Shown: positions 47,302 to 57,643, numbered from the stretch's first letter. The stretch: 64,000 nucleotides of DNA from Minisyncoccia bacterium (GCA_047639355.1 JBLIOC010000001.1:3215-67214); one strand, 5' to 3'. A program made the numbers and translations. The notes: a model not told the origin generated them from the letters alone.

Positions 47302-48588
47302 ATGAAATACCAAATTGACGACAAGGAATCATATTCCTTTGCTAGTATCACGCAAAATAAATCACCAATTGTAACCGCATACTTAACGGTAGATATACAT
47401 AAAGAAAGGACTGTCATCGAACAGGCTGTGCAACAGATGTACTCAGACGCTCTTTTATCGGGTGCTGGAAAGTACACTAGAGACGAATTCTTGAGTGCTG
47501 TTAACTTATTAGGTGCCGGGTTGAGTATATCTATTTCTGATAGCGTACTTACAATTAAGCTAATGTCGACTCTTGCAGAATTTAGTAAATTGCTAAAACT
47601 CACTGAGCTTATGCTTGCCCAACCTAGTTTTCCCAAAGCTCAACTAAATCGGATAAAGAGCACTACGGTTAATCAGCTACAAGAGTCAAAAGAAGACAGT
47701 AAGACGATTGCTATGCAAAAATTACGTAATAATATTTATGGTCAAAATGACCGAAAATACTCATCTGAAACTGATGTGGTTATTTCGACAATCGAGTCGG
47801 TAACAGTGGGTCATTTTAAAAGTTTACATAAGACCGTCTTAGCACAACCTTGGACCTGCTCAATTACTGGTGAGTCCGACGCTGTTAAAGCTTTTGAGCA
47901 AGTTGTCGCTAGACTTAAAAAAATTAAAGGGGGGAGTGTTCCTTTTGTTGGTGTCCACCAGCAAAAACCACCACGACATACCGTAGAAATTAAAAACATT
48001 CCCAGTCGCCACAATATTGATTTCGTTATCGGAGCACCACTACCAATCACACTTCACCATCCAGACCTCATTCCTCTAAGTTTTGCTATTGCGGTACTTG
48101 GAAAGTGGGGAGGTTTTACCGGTAGGCTAATGAGTACTGTGCGTGAACTTGAAGGCCTCACCTACGGTATCTACGGCCGCCCAGAGGGCTTCTCTGGTAC
48201 CGAGCAGGGGTACTGGCAAATTACTACTTTTTTTGCACCAGAGAAAGCTTTACAGGGACTCACTTCGACATTTCGCGAGATTACAAAACTTTACAAAAGC
48301 GGTATTACTGAAGAAGAGTTGGTTAAGTTTAAAACCATCTTGCTGACGCAGCAAACACTTTTAAATGATTCTGCCAGTAGCCTATTGTCTAATTTGCACA
48401 CCTACCATTGCCAAAAATTCACTTTGGAGGAAATGATTACCCATAAGGCGCGCATATCTACAGTTACTCTTGATGAGGTAAATGAAACAATTAAAACTTA
48501 TCTAGATCCAGCAACCCTCACCATCAGCGCAGCTGGTCCGGTTGGCACTGTTAAAAAAGACATCCAAAATTTTATTAATAGTGTGTAA
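47302..48588 (+). CDS. M16 peptidase partner subunit (no HxxEH)
   Basis: GGFTGRLMSTVRELEGLTYGI; adjacent to the catalytic subunit. Confidence 0.88.
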   Translation: MKYQIDDKESYSFASITQNKSPIVTAYLTVDIHKERTVIEQAVQQMYSDALLSGAGKYTRDEFLSAVNLLGAGLSISISDSVLTIKLMSTLAEFSKLLKLTELMLAQPSFPKAQLNRIKSTTVNQLQESKEDSKTIAMQKLRNNIYGQNDRKYSSETDVVISTIESVTVGHFKSLHKTVLAQPWTCSITGESDAVKAFEQVVARLKKIKGGSVPFVGVHQQKPPRHTVEIKNIPSRHNIDFVIGAPLPITLHHPDLIPLSFAIAVLGKWGGFTGRLMSTVRELEGLTYGIYGRPEGFSGTEQGYWQITTFFAPEKALQGLTSTFREITKLYKSGITEEELVKFKTILLTQQTLLNDSASSLLSNLHTYHCQKFTLEEMITHKARISTVTLDEVNETIKTYLDPATLTISAAGPVGTVKKDIQNFINSV

Positions 48589-48598
48589 TAATACTTAT

Positions 48599-48874
48599 AT
48601 GAATTTACTATTTTGGGGGTTGACTATAAGTATGCTGGGGAAAGTTATGCTCGCAGTTGGTGTATTAATTGCCCACACAGAGTTAGCTCATGAACGAAAA
48701 ATTGACCAACTCGTATTAAAAAGCTTTAGGATTGAGCACACACTAACTATTGCGGGTCTAGCTTTGATTGTGACCGGTTACGCAATGGAGGTTTATTTTT
48801 ATGATTTTGTGTCCATGCTTACTTGTTTTGGTGACGAGTGTGCACTAGCTGCTTCTGCAATTCTCTCACAGTAA
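48599..48874 (+). CDS. small membrane protein
   Basis: two TMs, HERKID; start at MNLLFWG. Confidence 0.7.
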   Translation: MNLLFWGLTISMLGKVMLAVGVLIAHTELAHERKIDQLVLKSFRIEHTLTIAGLALIVTGYAMEVYFYDFVSMLTCFGDECALAASAILSQ

Positions 48875-48971
48875 TTACAGAATAAATGAAGAAGTGCTGT
48901 AAATTTCTACGGTTCCTCTAGACGTACTTGGTTAATTTGTATATATTCAAGTACTTAATTGGTAAAAATAC

Positions 48972-50912
48972 ATGACAGGCAACGACATTCGAAAAAAGTA
49001 TCTAGATTACATGGCCGAAAATGGTCATGCTGTTATACCGTCGGCAGCCCTTGTTCCAGACAATGATCCGACTACACTTTTTACTGGTAGCGGTATGCAG
49101 CCGCTTGTACCATATCTGATGGGCGAGACTCATCCTAAAGGGACTCGGCTAACTGATTCACAGAAGTGTTTCCGCGCTGAGGACATTGAAGAGGTGGGCG
49201 ATAATCGTCACACAACTTTCTTTGAGATGCTTGGTAACTGGTCACTTGGTGACTATTTTAAAGCTGAGCAAATACCCTGGTTCTATTCATTCCTAGTAGA
49301 CAAAGTTGGACTAGATCCGGAAAGAATCTACGTAACAGCCTTTATTGGAGACGAAACAGCCAATGTCCCAAAAGACAAAGAGGCGGTAGAAATTTGGCAA
49401 AGACTCTTTGCTGAAAAAAACGTTTCTAGTGAAGTGGTTGAAATAGGTACGGAAGAACAGGGAGGTGAAAGGGGAATGAAAGATGGTGAACGTATCTTTT
49501 ACTACGACGCTGCTAAAAACTGGTGGACCAGGGCCGGTAAAATTGAAAATATGCCCGTCGGTGAAATTGGTGGCCCGGACAGCGAGGTGTTTTACGATTT
49601 CGGTACCGAACACGATCCCAAGTTTGGTCAACATTGCCACCCTAATTGTGACTGTGGCAGATTTCTTGAGATCGGAAACTCAGTCTTCATGGAATACGTC
49701 AAAACTGAAGATGGTTTTGAAAAGATGCCAAAACAAAACGTCGACTTCGGCGGGGGACTAGAACGTATCTCTGCTGCCGCTAATAACAGCGGTGACATGT
49801 TCAAAATTGATTTACTCTGGAATGTTATTGAGCAAATTCAGACTATTTCGGGTAAAAAATACGAAGAAAACTTAGAGGCTTTTAGGGTCATTACCGATCA
49901 CATTCGTGGTGCTGTATTTATGATTGGTGACAATATTCACCCGGGTAACACAGAACAGGGTTATTTTGTACGCCGTCTATTACGCCGAGCTGTACGTTAC
50001 GCAGATATTTTGGAAATTCCAGCCGGTGAACTTAAAAACTTGGCTGAGAGTGTAATTTCCACCTATGAAGACCACTATGGTAACCTAGCTGAAAAGCGTG
50101 GAGAGATTAAAACTGCTATTACAACCGAGGAGGAACAGTTTCGTAGAACTCTTGAGAATGGCTTGAAACAATTTAATAAAATTTCTCTTCAGGTTCATGT
50201 CGAAACAATAGAAGTTGATGGTAAAAAAGTTATAGATAAAAACAAAGCACCGGTTACAAAAAAAGCCATTAGTGCGCAAAATGCATTTGACCTGTTCACT
50301 ACATACGGGTTTCCAATTGAGTTAACTGTAGAGATTGCCACTGAAAAGGGTTTATTGGTTGATCGACCAGGTTTTGAAAAATTAATGGTGGAACATCGCG
50401 AAAAATCTCGAGCCGGAGCTGAGCATAAATTTAAGGGTGGCTTGGCAGATCATTCAGATAAAGTTGTCGAGTACCATACCACTACACATCTTTTGCTAGC
50501 CGCTCTTCGTCATTTTGTTGGTGACCATGTTCACCAAGCTGGATCAAACATAACAGGGGAAAGATTACGGTTTGATTTTACACATACAGAAAAAGTTGAC
50601 CGTGATACGTTAAATAAAATTGAAGAATGGGTAAATACAGCGATTAAAGCAGGTGGTGATGTGAACTTCGACACAATGACTAAAGAAAACGCAGAGACAG
50701 ACTCAACTATAGAGGGTAGTTTTTGGGACAGATATCCAGATGAAGTGAAGGTCTATACAGTTAAAGGAAAAGACGGTACTGTATTTTCTCGAGAACTTTG
50801 TGGTGGACCACATGTAAGTAAAGTAGACAATATAGCCGGAGTCTTTAAGATTAAGAAAGAGGAGTCATCATCAGCTGGTGTCAGGCGTATTAAAGCAATC
50901 TTACAAGAATAG
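48972..50912 (+). CDS. alaS: alanine--tRNA ligase lacking the C-Ala domain
   Basis: LFTGSGMQP, HTTFFEMLGN, HTTTH, ELCGGPH, ends just after GVRRIKA. Confidence 0.97.
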   Translation: MTGNDIRKKYLDYMAENGHAVIPSAALVPDNDPTTLFTGSGMQPLVPYLMGETHPKGTRLTDSQKCFRAEDIEEVGDNRHTTFFEMLGNWSLGDYFKAEQIPWFYSFLVDKVGLDPERIYVTAFIGDETANVPKDKEAVEIWQRLFAEKNVSSEVVEIGTEEQGGERGMKDGERIFYYDAAKNWWTRAGKIENMPVGEIGGPDSEVFYDFGTEHDPKFGQHCHPNCDCGRFLEIGNSVFMEYVKTEDGFEKMPKQNVDFGGGLERISAAANNSGDMFKIDLLWNVIEQIQTISGKKYEENLEAFRVITDHIRGAVFMIGDNIHPGNTEQGYFVRRLLRRAVRYADILEIPAGELKNLAESVISTYEDHYGNLAEKRGEIKTAITTEEEQFRRTLENGLKQFNKISLQVHVETIEVDGKKVIDKNKAPVTKKAISAQNAFDLFTTYGFPIELTVEIATEKGLLVDRPGFEKLMVEHREKSRAGAEHKFKGGLADHSDKVVEYHTTTHLLLAALRHFVGDHVHQAGSNITGERLRFDFTHTEKVDRDTLNKIEEWVNTAIKAGGDVNFDTMTKENAETDSTIEGSFWDRYPDEVKVYTVKGKDGTVFSRELCGGPHVSKVDNIAGVFKIKKEESSSAGVRRIKAILQE

Positions 50913-50973
50913 GTATCCACGATAAAATACATTTTGAATCTATCAGAGGGACTGACACTGCTATAATAAACAC

Positions 50974-52206
50974 ATGTCGCTATTTCAATTAGGGAAAACT
51001 ACCTGTCACTATGGTGTGGTAGTTGATATTGGTTCTGGCAGCGTTTTGGCTGCAATAGTAAAATCTGCACCTGAAGAAAAATACCCACACATTGTTTGGT
51101 CTTATCGTCAACATGCATCATTAAGCAACATAGATTCATTAGAGAAGAGCGCTAAGGCTGTTATGGCAGCCTTAGTGACAGTGCTGATGAAGCTTGATGC
51201 AGAAGGAAGGAAAGTGTTGTACGACCATGACAAGAAAGCAAAATTGACAGATATGCAATGCACTATTTCTGCACCTTGGTCATATACGGTAACTAAAACT
51301 ATTAGTTACAAGCAGGAGAGTGAGTTTATTGTTACAAAGGGTTTGATTGATGAACTAACAACTACAATACAAGAAAAAGTGCAGGCTGATCTAAAAGAAA
51401 ATGAGGTACTTCAGGAGCTGGGACTTAGTACTATAACTCGAGCGACTTTAGGAATGATGTCCAACGGTTATAGTGTTAAACACCCCGAAGGTCAAAAGGC
51501 TAGCAAATTAGCCATTTCACATACAACGGTCGTAACGCACAAATATTTAGTTGATGCCATAGATGAAATGCATGAAAAACTATTTGTTCAATCTGAATTG
51601 AAAAAAGTTTCTTTTATTCTTCTACTTTTCTGCATTACCCGTGAATTACTTTCAAAAAAACATGACGTTTGTCTAGTTGATATCACTTATGAAGCTACTG
51701 AAATTGGCGTGATCAGAGATGGTATTTTAAAGTATAGTACACACACACCGTTCGGTTCATTTTCTTTGGCTCGAGAAATTTCAAGTATTACTGGGGCACC
51801 ACTAATTGAAGCTTTTGGCTATCTGCATACTGAAAAACCGTACTCCTTTACAAAGACTCTAACTGAGTCAAAAAAGAAAGCTATCGACACTATTTTTGAA
51901 GCATATATTGACAGAGTGGCAAGTCTATTTCGTGAAACTGGAGATTCTCTATCTATACCAAGAAGAATATCTCTTCACGCAGACCTAAATAGTGAAATGC
52001 TATTTCTTGATTTAATTGAAAAAGCTGCAAAAAGAAGCACTAAAGTAGCACCGAATATTACACTTATTTCAAACGAACTTATTAATCAAACGCATGATTT
52101 GACAAAAAATAATACAAAAGATATCTCCTCAACAGACACTGCGTTGCTGCTCTCGGCACAGTTTTTCCACATACAATCAAAACATCAAACATTTGATTAC
52201 TTATAA
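50974..52206 (+). CDS. divergent FtsA/PilM-like actin-fold protein
   Basis: VVDIGSGSV and LVDITYEATEIG phosphate loops. Confidence 0.65.
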   Translation: MSLFQLGKTTCHYGVVVDIGSGSVLAAIVKSAPEEKYPHIVWSYRQHASLSNIDSLEKSAKAVMAALVTVLMKLDAEGRKVLYDHDKKAKLTDMQCTISAPWSYTVTKTISYKQESEFIVTKGLIDELTTTIQEKVQADLKENEVLQELGLSTITRATLGMMSNGYSVKHPEGQKASKLAISHTTVVTHKYLVDAIDEMHEKLFVQSELKKVSFILLLFCITRELLSKKHDVCLVDITYEATEIGVIRDGILKYSTHTPFGSFSLAREISSITGAPLIEAFGYLHTEKPYSFTKTLTESKKKAIDTIFEAYIDRVASLFRETGDSLSIPRRISLHADLNSEMLFLDLIEKAAKRSTKVAPNITLISNELINQTHDLTKNNTKDISSTDTALLLSAQFFHIQSKHQTFDYL

Positions 52207-52230
52207 AGAGCTATACTGTACAATATACAT

Positions 52231-53556
52231 ATGACACAAAAATGGAATCTTCAGGACATTAGACCTGCCACACCACGTAAACGGCGACCAATCCAACCCC
52301 AAGAGATGAACTATTCTCTTGAGCAGTCAAAAAATACTCTTATGCAGAGAGAAGAGATTCCTAATATTGTCATCGAAAATGGTTCCAAAAAAGGAACTAG
52401 TCGTTTGCTGATTTCGATTGTTTTGTTCGTTACTATTGTTGGAGGTGCTGTTGGACTTAGTGCACTGACAGGAAAAACAGAGCTTACAATTTATCCGGAC
52501 CACCGTGAACCAAACATTAGTGCTGAATTCACAGCCTATCCAGACAAAAGGGAGGACTCCCTAAGCTACGAAATAATGACACTGGAGTCGACCAATGAAA
52601 GTCAGGTTAAAGCCACTGGTCAAATTCAAGTCGAAGTACAGGCTATTGGAACAATTGAGATAATAAAGACTTCTCCCGGAGCAGAGAGACTAATTAAAAA
52701 TACTCGTTTCAGAACCCCTAGCGGCCTTGTCTATCGTATTCAGGAATCTGTAGTTGTGCCAGGATCAGTTAAAGATGGCGAGGGCACTCTTTTGGCAGGT
52801 ACTATACGAGCCGAAGTATTTGCGGACGAAACGGGGGATAAATATAACATTCCTGCTGGTACAGCTTTTGATATCCCCGGCTTTAAAGAAGGTGGCTTTA
52901 CAGACCTTTACGATGATATTACAGCACGCAATCCAGAGTCAATAAATGGAGGTTTTTCCGGGCCGCAGTTTGAGATTAACGAAGATGAACTCAGTACCGC
53001 CAAGCAAGCGCTTGAAGTCCAATTGAGAGAAACTCTTTTGGCCCGTATCGAGAATGAGAAACCAGCTGGTTTTGTTATATTTGAAGGAGCGGTTAGTATT
53101 GTTTACAACGAACTTCCAGCTATAGAGTATGGTCAAGATTTAGTAACAATTCGCGAACAAGCTGTTTTACAAATCCCCCTCTTTAAGGCAACTGAGCTCG
53201 GTTCATTTCTTGCCAAGGAGGCAATTGCAACTTACGACAGAGGTCCTGTTAGAATCGATGATCCAAGTGTTCTAACTTTTAGATACACCTCGGCAACAAC
53301 TAGTTTCAGCGTTATTGCAAACGAACCTTCCTTAAGCTTTAGTTTAAATGGTAAACCTTTACTTATCTGGGAATATGACATAGATAAACTTACAGCAGAC
53401 CTGGCAGGGTTGCCAAAAACAGCTATTAATAACGCTGTTTTAGCCTATCCAGGTATAGACGGAGCACGGGCTCACATAACTCCTTTCTGGAAAAGAAATT
53501 TTCCAGAAGATGAGAAAGATATTATCTTCATTGAAGAATTAAAAGAATTAGAATAA
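52231..53556 (+). CDS. membrane-anchored protein with a baseplate J/gp47-like domain
   Basis: TM; AIGTIEI...LIKNTRF...VVVPG...VFADETGDKYNI...GGFSG. Confidence 0.6.
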   Translation: MTQKWNLQDIRPATPRKRRPIQPQEMNYSLEQSKNTLMQREEIPNIVIENGSKKGTSRLLISIVLFVTIVGGAVGLSALTGKTELTIYPDHREPNISAEFTAYPDKREDSLSYEIMTLESTNESQVKATGQIQVEVQAIGTIEIIKTSPGAERLIKNTRFRTPSGLVYRIQESVVVPGSVKDGEGTLLAGTIRAEVFADETGDKYNIPAGTAFDIPGFKEGGFTDLYDDITARNPESINGGFSGPQFEINEDELSTAKQALEVQLRETLLARIENEKPAGFVIFEGAVSIVYNELPAIEYGQDLVTIREQAVLQIPLFKATELGSFLAKEAIATYDRGPVRIDDPSVLTFRYTSATTSFSVIANEPSLSFSLNGKPLLIWEYDIDKLTADLAGLPKTAINNAVLAYPGIDGARAHITPFWKRNFPEDEKDIIFIEELKELE

Positions 53557-53622
53557 TATGAACAGTCAGGATAGAGAATCAGTTGACTCTTTCATGTTAT
53601 TTGTTATACTCACCCTCGTTTA

Positions 53623-53850
53623 ATGGATCAAGAGACATCAGCGGTTAAAGACGAACTTGTATACGGCATAGTAGAGGAAGCTCTACCTAATGCTATGTTT
53701 CGTGTGACTCTAGAAGAGTCCGACGAAACGATACTAGCGTACCTAGCAGGCAGAATGCGACGTTTTCGTATTCGTGTTCTAGTAGGAGACAAAGTCGGGA
53801 TGGTTACTGACCCTTACGGAGGAAAAGCAAGAATCACAAAGCGTCTCTAA
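53623..53850 (+). CDS. infA: translation initiation factor IF-1
   Basis: [10 protein letters not shown]...AYLAGRMR...IRVLVGDKV. Confidence 0.95.
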   Translation: MDQETSAVKDELVYGIVEEALPNAMFRVTLEESDETILAYLAGRMRRFRIRVLVGDKVGMVTDPYGGKARITKRL

Positions 53851-53861
53851 AACAAGTATTT

Positions 53862-53978
53862 ATGAAAGTTCGATCATCAGTTAAAAAAATGAGTCCAGAT
53901 GACAAAATCGTCAAACGACGAGGTGTCGTATTTGTCATCAATAAAAAGAAGCCGCGACATAAACAAAGACAAGGTTAA
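53862..53978 (+). CDS. rpmJ: 50S ribosomal protein L36 (not in the ORF track; no Cys)
   Basis: [38 protein letters not shown] translated by hand. Confidence 0.95.
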   Translation: MKVRSSVKKMSPDDKIVKRRGVVFVINKKKPRHKQRQG

Positions 53979-53983
53979 AACAT

Positions 53984-54361
53984 ATGAGAATCTCTGGTAT
54001 TACAATCCCCGACGAAAAACAACTCCCGTACGCACTTACCGCGGTGTACGGTATTGGTCTACCTCGTTCAAGGGAAATCCTCGATGAACTATCTATCGAG
54101 CACACTAAAAAAGCAGTCGACCTTTCGACAGATGAAGAAATCGCTATTCGAGAAAAAATAGAAGTTTTCACCACTGAAGGTGAGTTAAAGCGTCTTGTAG
54201 CAGGTAACATAAAACGTCTTAAAGACATTAGCTCATATCGCGGCTCACGTCACACCAAGCGACTCCCTGCACGCGGACAGCGTACTAAAACTAACTCACG
54301 TACACTCAAGGGTGCCAAGAAGACTATGGGTAGTGGGCGACGTAAGTTAGAAAAGACTTAA
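53984..54361 (+). CDS. rpsM: 30S ribosomal protein S13
   Basis: ALTAVYGIG, SYRGSRH..LPARGQRTKTN. Confidence 0.97.
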   Translation: MRISGITIPDEKQLPYALTAVYGIGLPRSREILDELSIEHTKKAVDLSTDEEIAIREKIEVFTTEGELKRLVAGNIKRLKDISSYRGSRHTKRLPARGQRTKTNSRTLKGAKKTMGSGRRKLEKT

Positions 54362-54393
54362 AATTTTATTAATCATTCATTATCGTACGACAT

Positions 54394-54825
54394 ATGGGTA
54401 AGAAACGTATCATGAAAAAAAGCGGAGGGTCAGATGTGGCTGGCACATCACGAGCTCTAAACCGCATTCCAAAACGAAAGCTTCTGTCAGGAAAACTGAA
54501 CATCTTGGCAACTTTCAATAACACTCTCGTCACTTTATGCGACAGTAAAGGTAATTCTGTAATGGCCGCATCTAGCGGGGCACTTGGTTTTAAAGGTTCT
54601 CGTAAGAGCACTCCTTTTGCTGCTGCGAAAGTAGGTGAAATCATTGGTGAAAAAGCTCAGCAGATGGGCATGAAAGAAGCTGAAGTAATCGTTCGTGGTG
54701 TTGGAGCTGGTCGAGAATCAGCCCTTAGAGCTTTTTCTGGAATGGGAATTAACGTGACCAAAATTTCTGATAAAACACCTATGCCGTTTAATGGACCGAA
54801 GCAACCTAAGCCTCGTCGAGTATAG
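54394..54825 (+). CDS. rpsK: 30S ribosomal protein S11
   Basis: ATFNNT, GFKGSRKSTPFAA, GAGRESA. Confidence 0.97.
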   Translation: MGKKRIMKKSGGSDVAGTSRALNRIPKRKLLSGKLNILATFNNTLVTLCDSKGNSVMAASSGALGFKGSRKSTPFAAAKVGEIIGEKAQQMGMKEAEVIVRGVGAGRESALRAFSGMGINVTKISDKTPMPFNGPKQPKPRRV

Positions 54826-54835
54826 TTTTTAGTAT

Positions 54836-55447
54836 ATGAAAATAGGACCAAAATTTAAAATCGCAAAACGTCTTGGAGCACCAATCTTCGAGAAGACACA
54901 AACGGTGAAGTTTGAACAATCTGTTGCTCGTCGTGCCAACCAGCGAACAACGCGTCGCCCAGGGCAAATGAGTGACTATAAGCGTCAGTTGATAGAAAAG
55001 CAAAAGATGCGCTTTAGTTATGGCATTACTGAGAAGCAGCTCCGGCGTTACGTAGATGAAGCAGTAGAAAAAAGTAATCAGCCAGTTGCTCTACTTATGA
55101 ATCGTCTTGAGTCAAGACTAGATAACGTTATTTACCGAATGGGATTAGCAAAAACTCGACGTTTGGCTCGTCAAATCGCTTCACATGGACATATTTGTGT
55201 AAATGGAAAGAAAATGACAATCCCGTCACATAGAGTCAAAATTGGTGACATTTTATCTATCCGTGAGGGTAGTCGTCAGACAGGTCTCTTTATTACTTTG
55301 GGCGAGACTCATGAAGCAGCAGGTCTACCAGGTTGGGTAACCTACGATGTTAAGAAGATGGAAGGAGAAATGAAAGGGGATCCAATTTACAATCCAGCCG
55401 AAACCCTGTTCGATCCTGAACAAGTGATGGAATACTACAGTCGATAG
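54836..55447 (+). CDS. rpsD: 30S ribosomal protein S4
   Basis: SDYKRQLIEKQK, LESRLDNVIYRMG, EYYSR. Confidence 0.97.
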   Translation: MKIGPKFKIAKRLGAPIFEKTQTVKFEQSVARRANQRTTRRPGQMSDYKRQLIEKQKMRFSYGITEKQLRRYVDEAVEKSNQPVALLMNRLESRLDNVIYRMGLAKTRRLARQIASHGHICVNGKKMTIPSHRVKIGDILSIREGSRQTGLFITLGETHEAAGLPGWVTYDVKKMEGEMKGDPIYNPAETLFDPEQVMEYYSR

Positions 55448-55487
55448 AATTAGAGGTTTACGAAAAATAATAAGTTCAAAACAATTT

Positions 55488-56450
55488 ATGTTAGAAACAA
55501 ATGTAACTCTCCCGTCAAAGCCACGTGTTGTATCTGAAGAAGGTAACCGCGGAATCTTTGAAATAGATGGGCTCTATCCAGGCTATGGACACACACTTGG
55601 TAATTCATTACGACGTATCATCCTTTCCTCATTGCCAGGAGCTGCTATTACTCAAGTTAAAATTGATGGGGTTGAACACGAATTCTCAACCCTGGATGGA
55701 GTGCAAGAAGATGTAATCACTATCCTTCTCAATTTGCGCCGAGTTCGGTTACACATGTTTTCGGATGAGCCAATGACTATTTCTCTTAAGAAGAGTGGAG
55801 TCGGCCCTGTGACAGCTGCAGATATTGAAGCTCCGACTCAAGTTGAAATCTTAAATGGTGACCAGCATATTGCTGAAATAACTAACAAAACTGCTAAGTT
55901 GAACATTGAAATTACAGTTGAGCAAGGTCTTGGCTATATTCCGCGCGAAGTTCACCAGAAAGATAAAATGGAAATTGGAGCGATTGCCCTTGATGCAGTA
56001 TTTACACCAATAAGAAGAGCTAACTATGAGGTTGAAAACATGCGAGTAGGAGACCGCACAGACTATAACCGTCTTCGTGTTGTCATCGAAACTGACGGAA
56101 CCTATACGGCCCGGGAAGCTCTTGAGAAATCAATCGAAATAATGATTCATCAGTTAAAATCTATTATTGGTTTCCAGGAACAACACACAGAAGAAGTATC
56201 TGTAAAAACTACTGATGAAGTAAAAGAAGTGAATGATGAGCCTGACCAAGAAGTGCTGAAAACTAGAATTGAAACAGTTGATCTAACCAGTCGAACATTA
56301 CAATCACTTGAGGAAGCGAGTATTAGAACTATAGGAGGCCTTGTGCGAAAGAAAAAAGATGATATTCTAGCGCTCGATGGTATTGGGCCAAAAGGACTAG
56401 AAGAAATAGAGGCACTCCTTGCCAAAATTAGCCTCAAGCTAGAAGAATAA
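55488..56450 (+). CDS. rpoA: RNA polymerase alpha subunit
   Basis: GYGHTLGNSLRRIILSSLPG, DAVFTPI. Confidence 0.97.
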   Translation: MLETNVTLPSKPRVVSEEGNRGIFEIDGLYPGYGHTLGNSLRRIILSSLPGAAITQVKIDGVEHEFSTLDGVQEDVITILLNLRRVRLHMFSDEPMTISLKKSGVGPVTAADIEAPTQVEILNGDQHIAEITNKTAKLNIEITVEQGLGYIPREVHQKDKMEIGAIALDAVFTPIRRANYEVENMRVGDRTDYNRLRVVIETDGTYTAREALEKSIEIMIHQLKSIIGFQEQHTEEVSVKTTDEVKEVNDEPDQEVLKTRIETVDLTSRTLQSLEEASIRTIGGLVRKKKDDILALDGIGPKGLEEIEALLAKISLKLEE

Positions 56451-56459
56451 GAATGAATT

Positions 56460-56816
56460 ATGAGACACGCAAATAACAAACGAACCCTAAGCAGAAGCCG
56501 TAGCCAACGAACCGCCTTGATACGTGGTTTGGCAGTGTCTCTTATTCGGGACGGGCACATTAAGACTACTCTAGCTAAAGCCAAGGAGCTTCAACCAAAC
56601 ATTGAACGTCTGATCACTCATGCAAAAATTGATTCAATTCAATCCCGCCGGCTAGTTGCATCTAGACTAGGTGAACCGAAGGACGTAACAATCCAAAAGC
56701 TTTTTTCAGATATTGCGCCAAAGTTTAAAGAACGAAACGGTGGCTACACTAGAGTTGTAAAACTCGGTCGAACATCACCTGGTCGCGATGAAGCTATAAT
56801 CGCTTTTGTTGAATAA
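56460..56816 (+). CDS. rplQ: 50S ribosomal protein L17
   Basis: MRH...IKTTLAKAKEL...RNGGYTR. Confidence 0.97.
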   Translation: MRHANNKRTLSRSRSQRTALIRGLAVSLIRDGHIKTTLAKAKELQPNIERLITHAKIDSIQSRRLVASRLGEPKDVTIQKLFSDIAPKFKERNGGYTRVVKLGRTSPGRDEAIIAFVE

Positions 56817-56821
56817 ATATT

Positions 56822-57184
56822 ATGACTACTGAAACTACAACAAGATCCTACACAATCGACGCAACAGGGAAGCGTCTTGGAAAGGTTGCGACTGAGGCTG
56901 CCTCTTTACTAATCGGAAAGAACGACCCAAATTTTGCTAAGCACATCATGGCAGATGTTAATGTAATAATTAACAACGTTAGCAAACTTGATGTTCCCGA
57001 CAAAAAGGAAGGTGAGATTTATCAAAGATACACTGGCTACCCCGGAGGCCGTCGAACTGAAACCCTAATTCACCTTGCTGAACGGCGGGGCTACGAGGAG
57101 GTGGTCCGTCGTACCATTGGAGGGATGCTTCCAAATAATAAGCACAAGAAGCCTCTGTTAGCCAAATTAACCATCACTGAATAA
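56822..57184 (+). CDS. rplM: 50S ribosomal protein L13 (short)
   Basis: IDATGKRLGKVA, YTGYPGG, GMLP. Confidence 0.93.
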   Translation: MTTETTTRSYTIDATGKRLGKVATEAASLLIGKNDPNFAKHIMADVNVIINNVSKLDVPDKKEGEIYQRYTGYPGGRRTETLIHLAERRGYEEVVRRTIGGMLPNNKHKKPLLAKLTITE

Positions 57185-57191
57185 TTCTCGT

Positions 57192-57602
57192 ATGTCTGCA
57201 ACTAAAAAAACAACCTACGTAGAAGGAATCGGACGACGAAAAACATCGTCTGCACGAGTTCGTCTTACTCCAGCAACAAAGACTGAAATTACTGTTAATG
57301 GTAAGCCATTACTAGAATATTTCACTAATCTTTCGCACCAGAAAGACGTTCAGTCTGTATTAGATACTAAAGAAGCTGGTATTGAGGACTACACAATTAC
57401 AGCTAAGGTAGTTGGTGGTGGTATCTCATCACAAGCTGAGGCTATTCGTCTTGGAATTGCTCGCGCTCTGGTAAAAGAGAAAGCTGACCGACGTAGCCCA
57501 CTTAAAGCTGAAGGATTCCTTAAACGTGATCCTCGTTCAGTCGAACGAAAGAAGTTTGGTCTTAGGAAGGCTCGAAAACGACCAGCCTGGTCTAAGCGTT
57601 AA
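57192..57602 (+). CDS. rpsI: 30S ribosomal protein S9
   Basis: GRRKTSSARV, GGGISSQA, RDPRSVERKK, SKR. Confidence 0.97.
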   Translation: MSATKKTTYVEGIGRRKTSSARVRLTPATKTEITVNGKPLLEYFTNLSHQKDVQSVLDTKEAGIEDYTITAKVVGGGISSQAEAIRLGIARALVKEKADRRSPLKAEGFLKRDPRSVERKKFGLRKARKRPAWSKR

Positions 57603-57606
57603 TTAT

Positions 57607-57643
57607 AAAATAACCCCATATAATATTGGGGTTATTTTATTTT
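57607..57643 (+). terminator. intrinsic terminator of the r-protein operon
   Basis: AAAATAACCCCA...TGGGGTTATTTT. Confidence 0.8.

Noticed and set aside
48972-50912. AlaS (and UvrC) as truncated pseudogenes
   Set aside because: Both end cleanly after intact catalytic domains with no downstream remnant, consistent with natural short forms
52231-53556. Prophage suggested by the baseplate-J-like domain
   Set aside because: No capsid, terminase, tail or integrase genes; flanked by core genes and has a TM anchor
53899-54087. 62-aa ORF from the track
   Set aside because: Out-of-frame overlap with the real rpmJ (53862-53978) and rpsM
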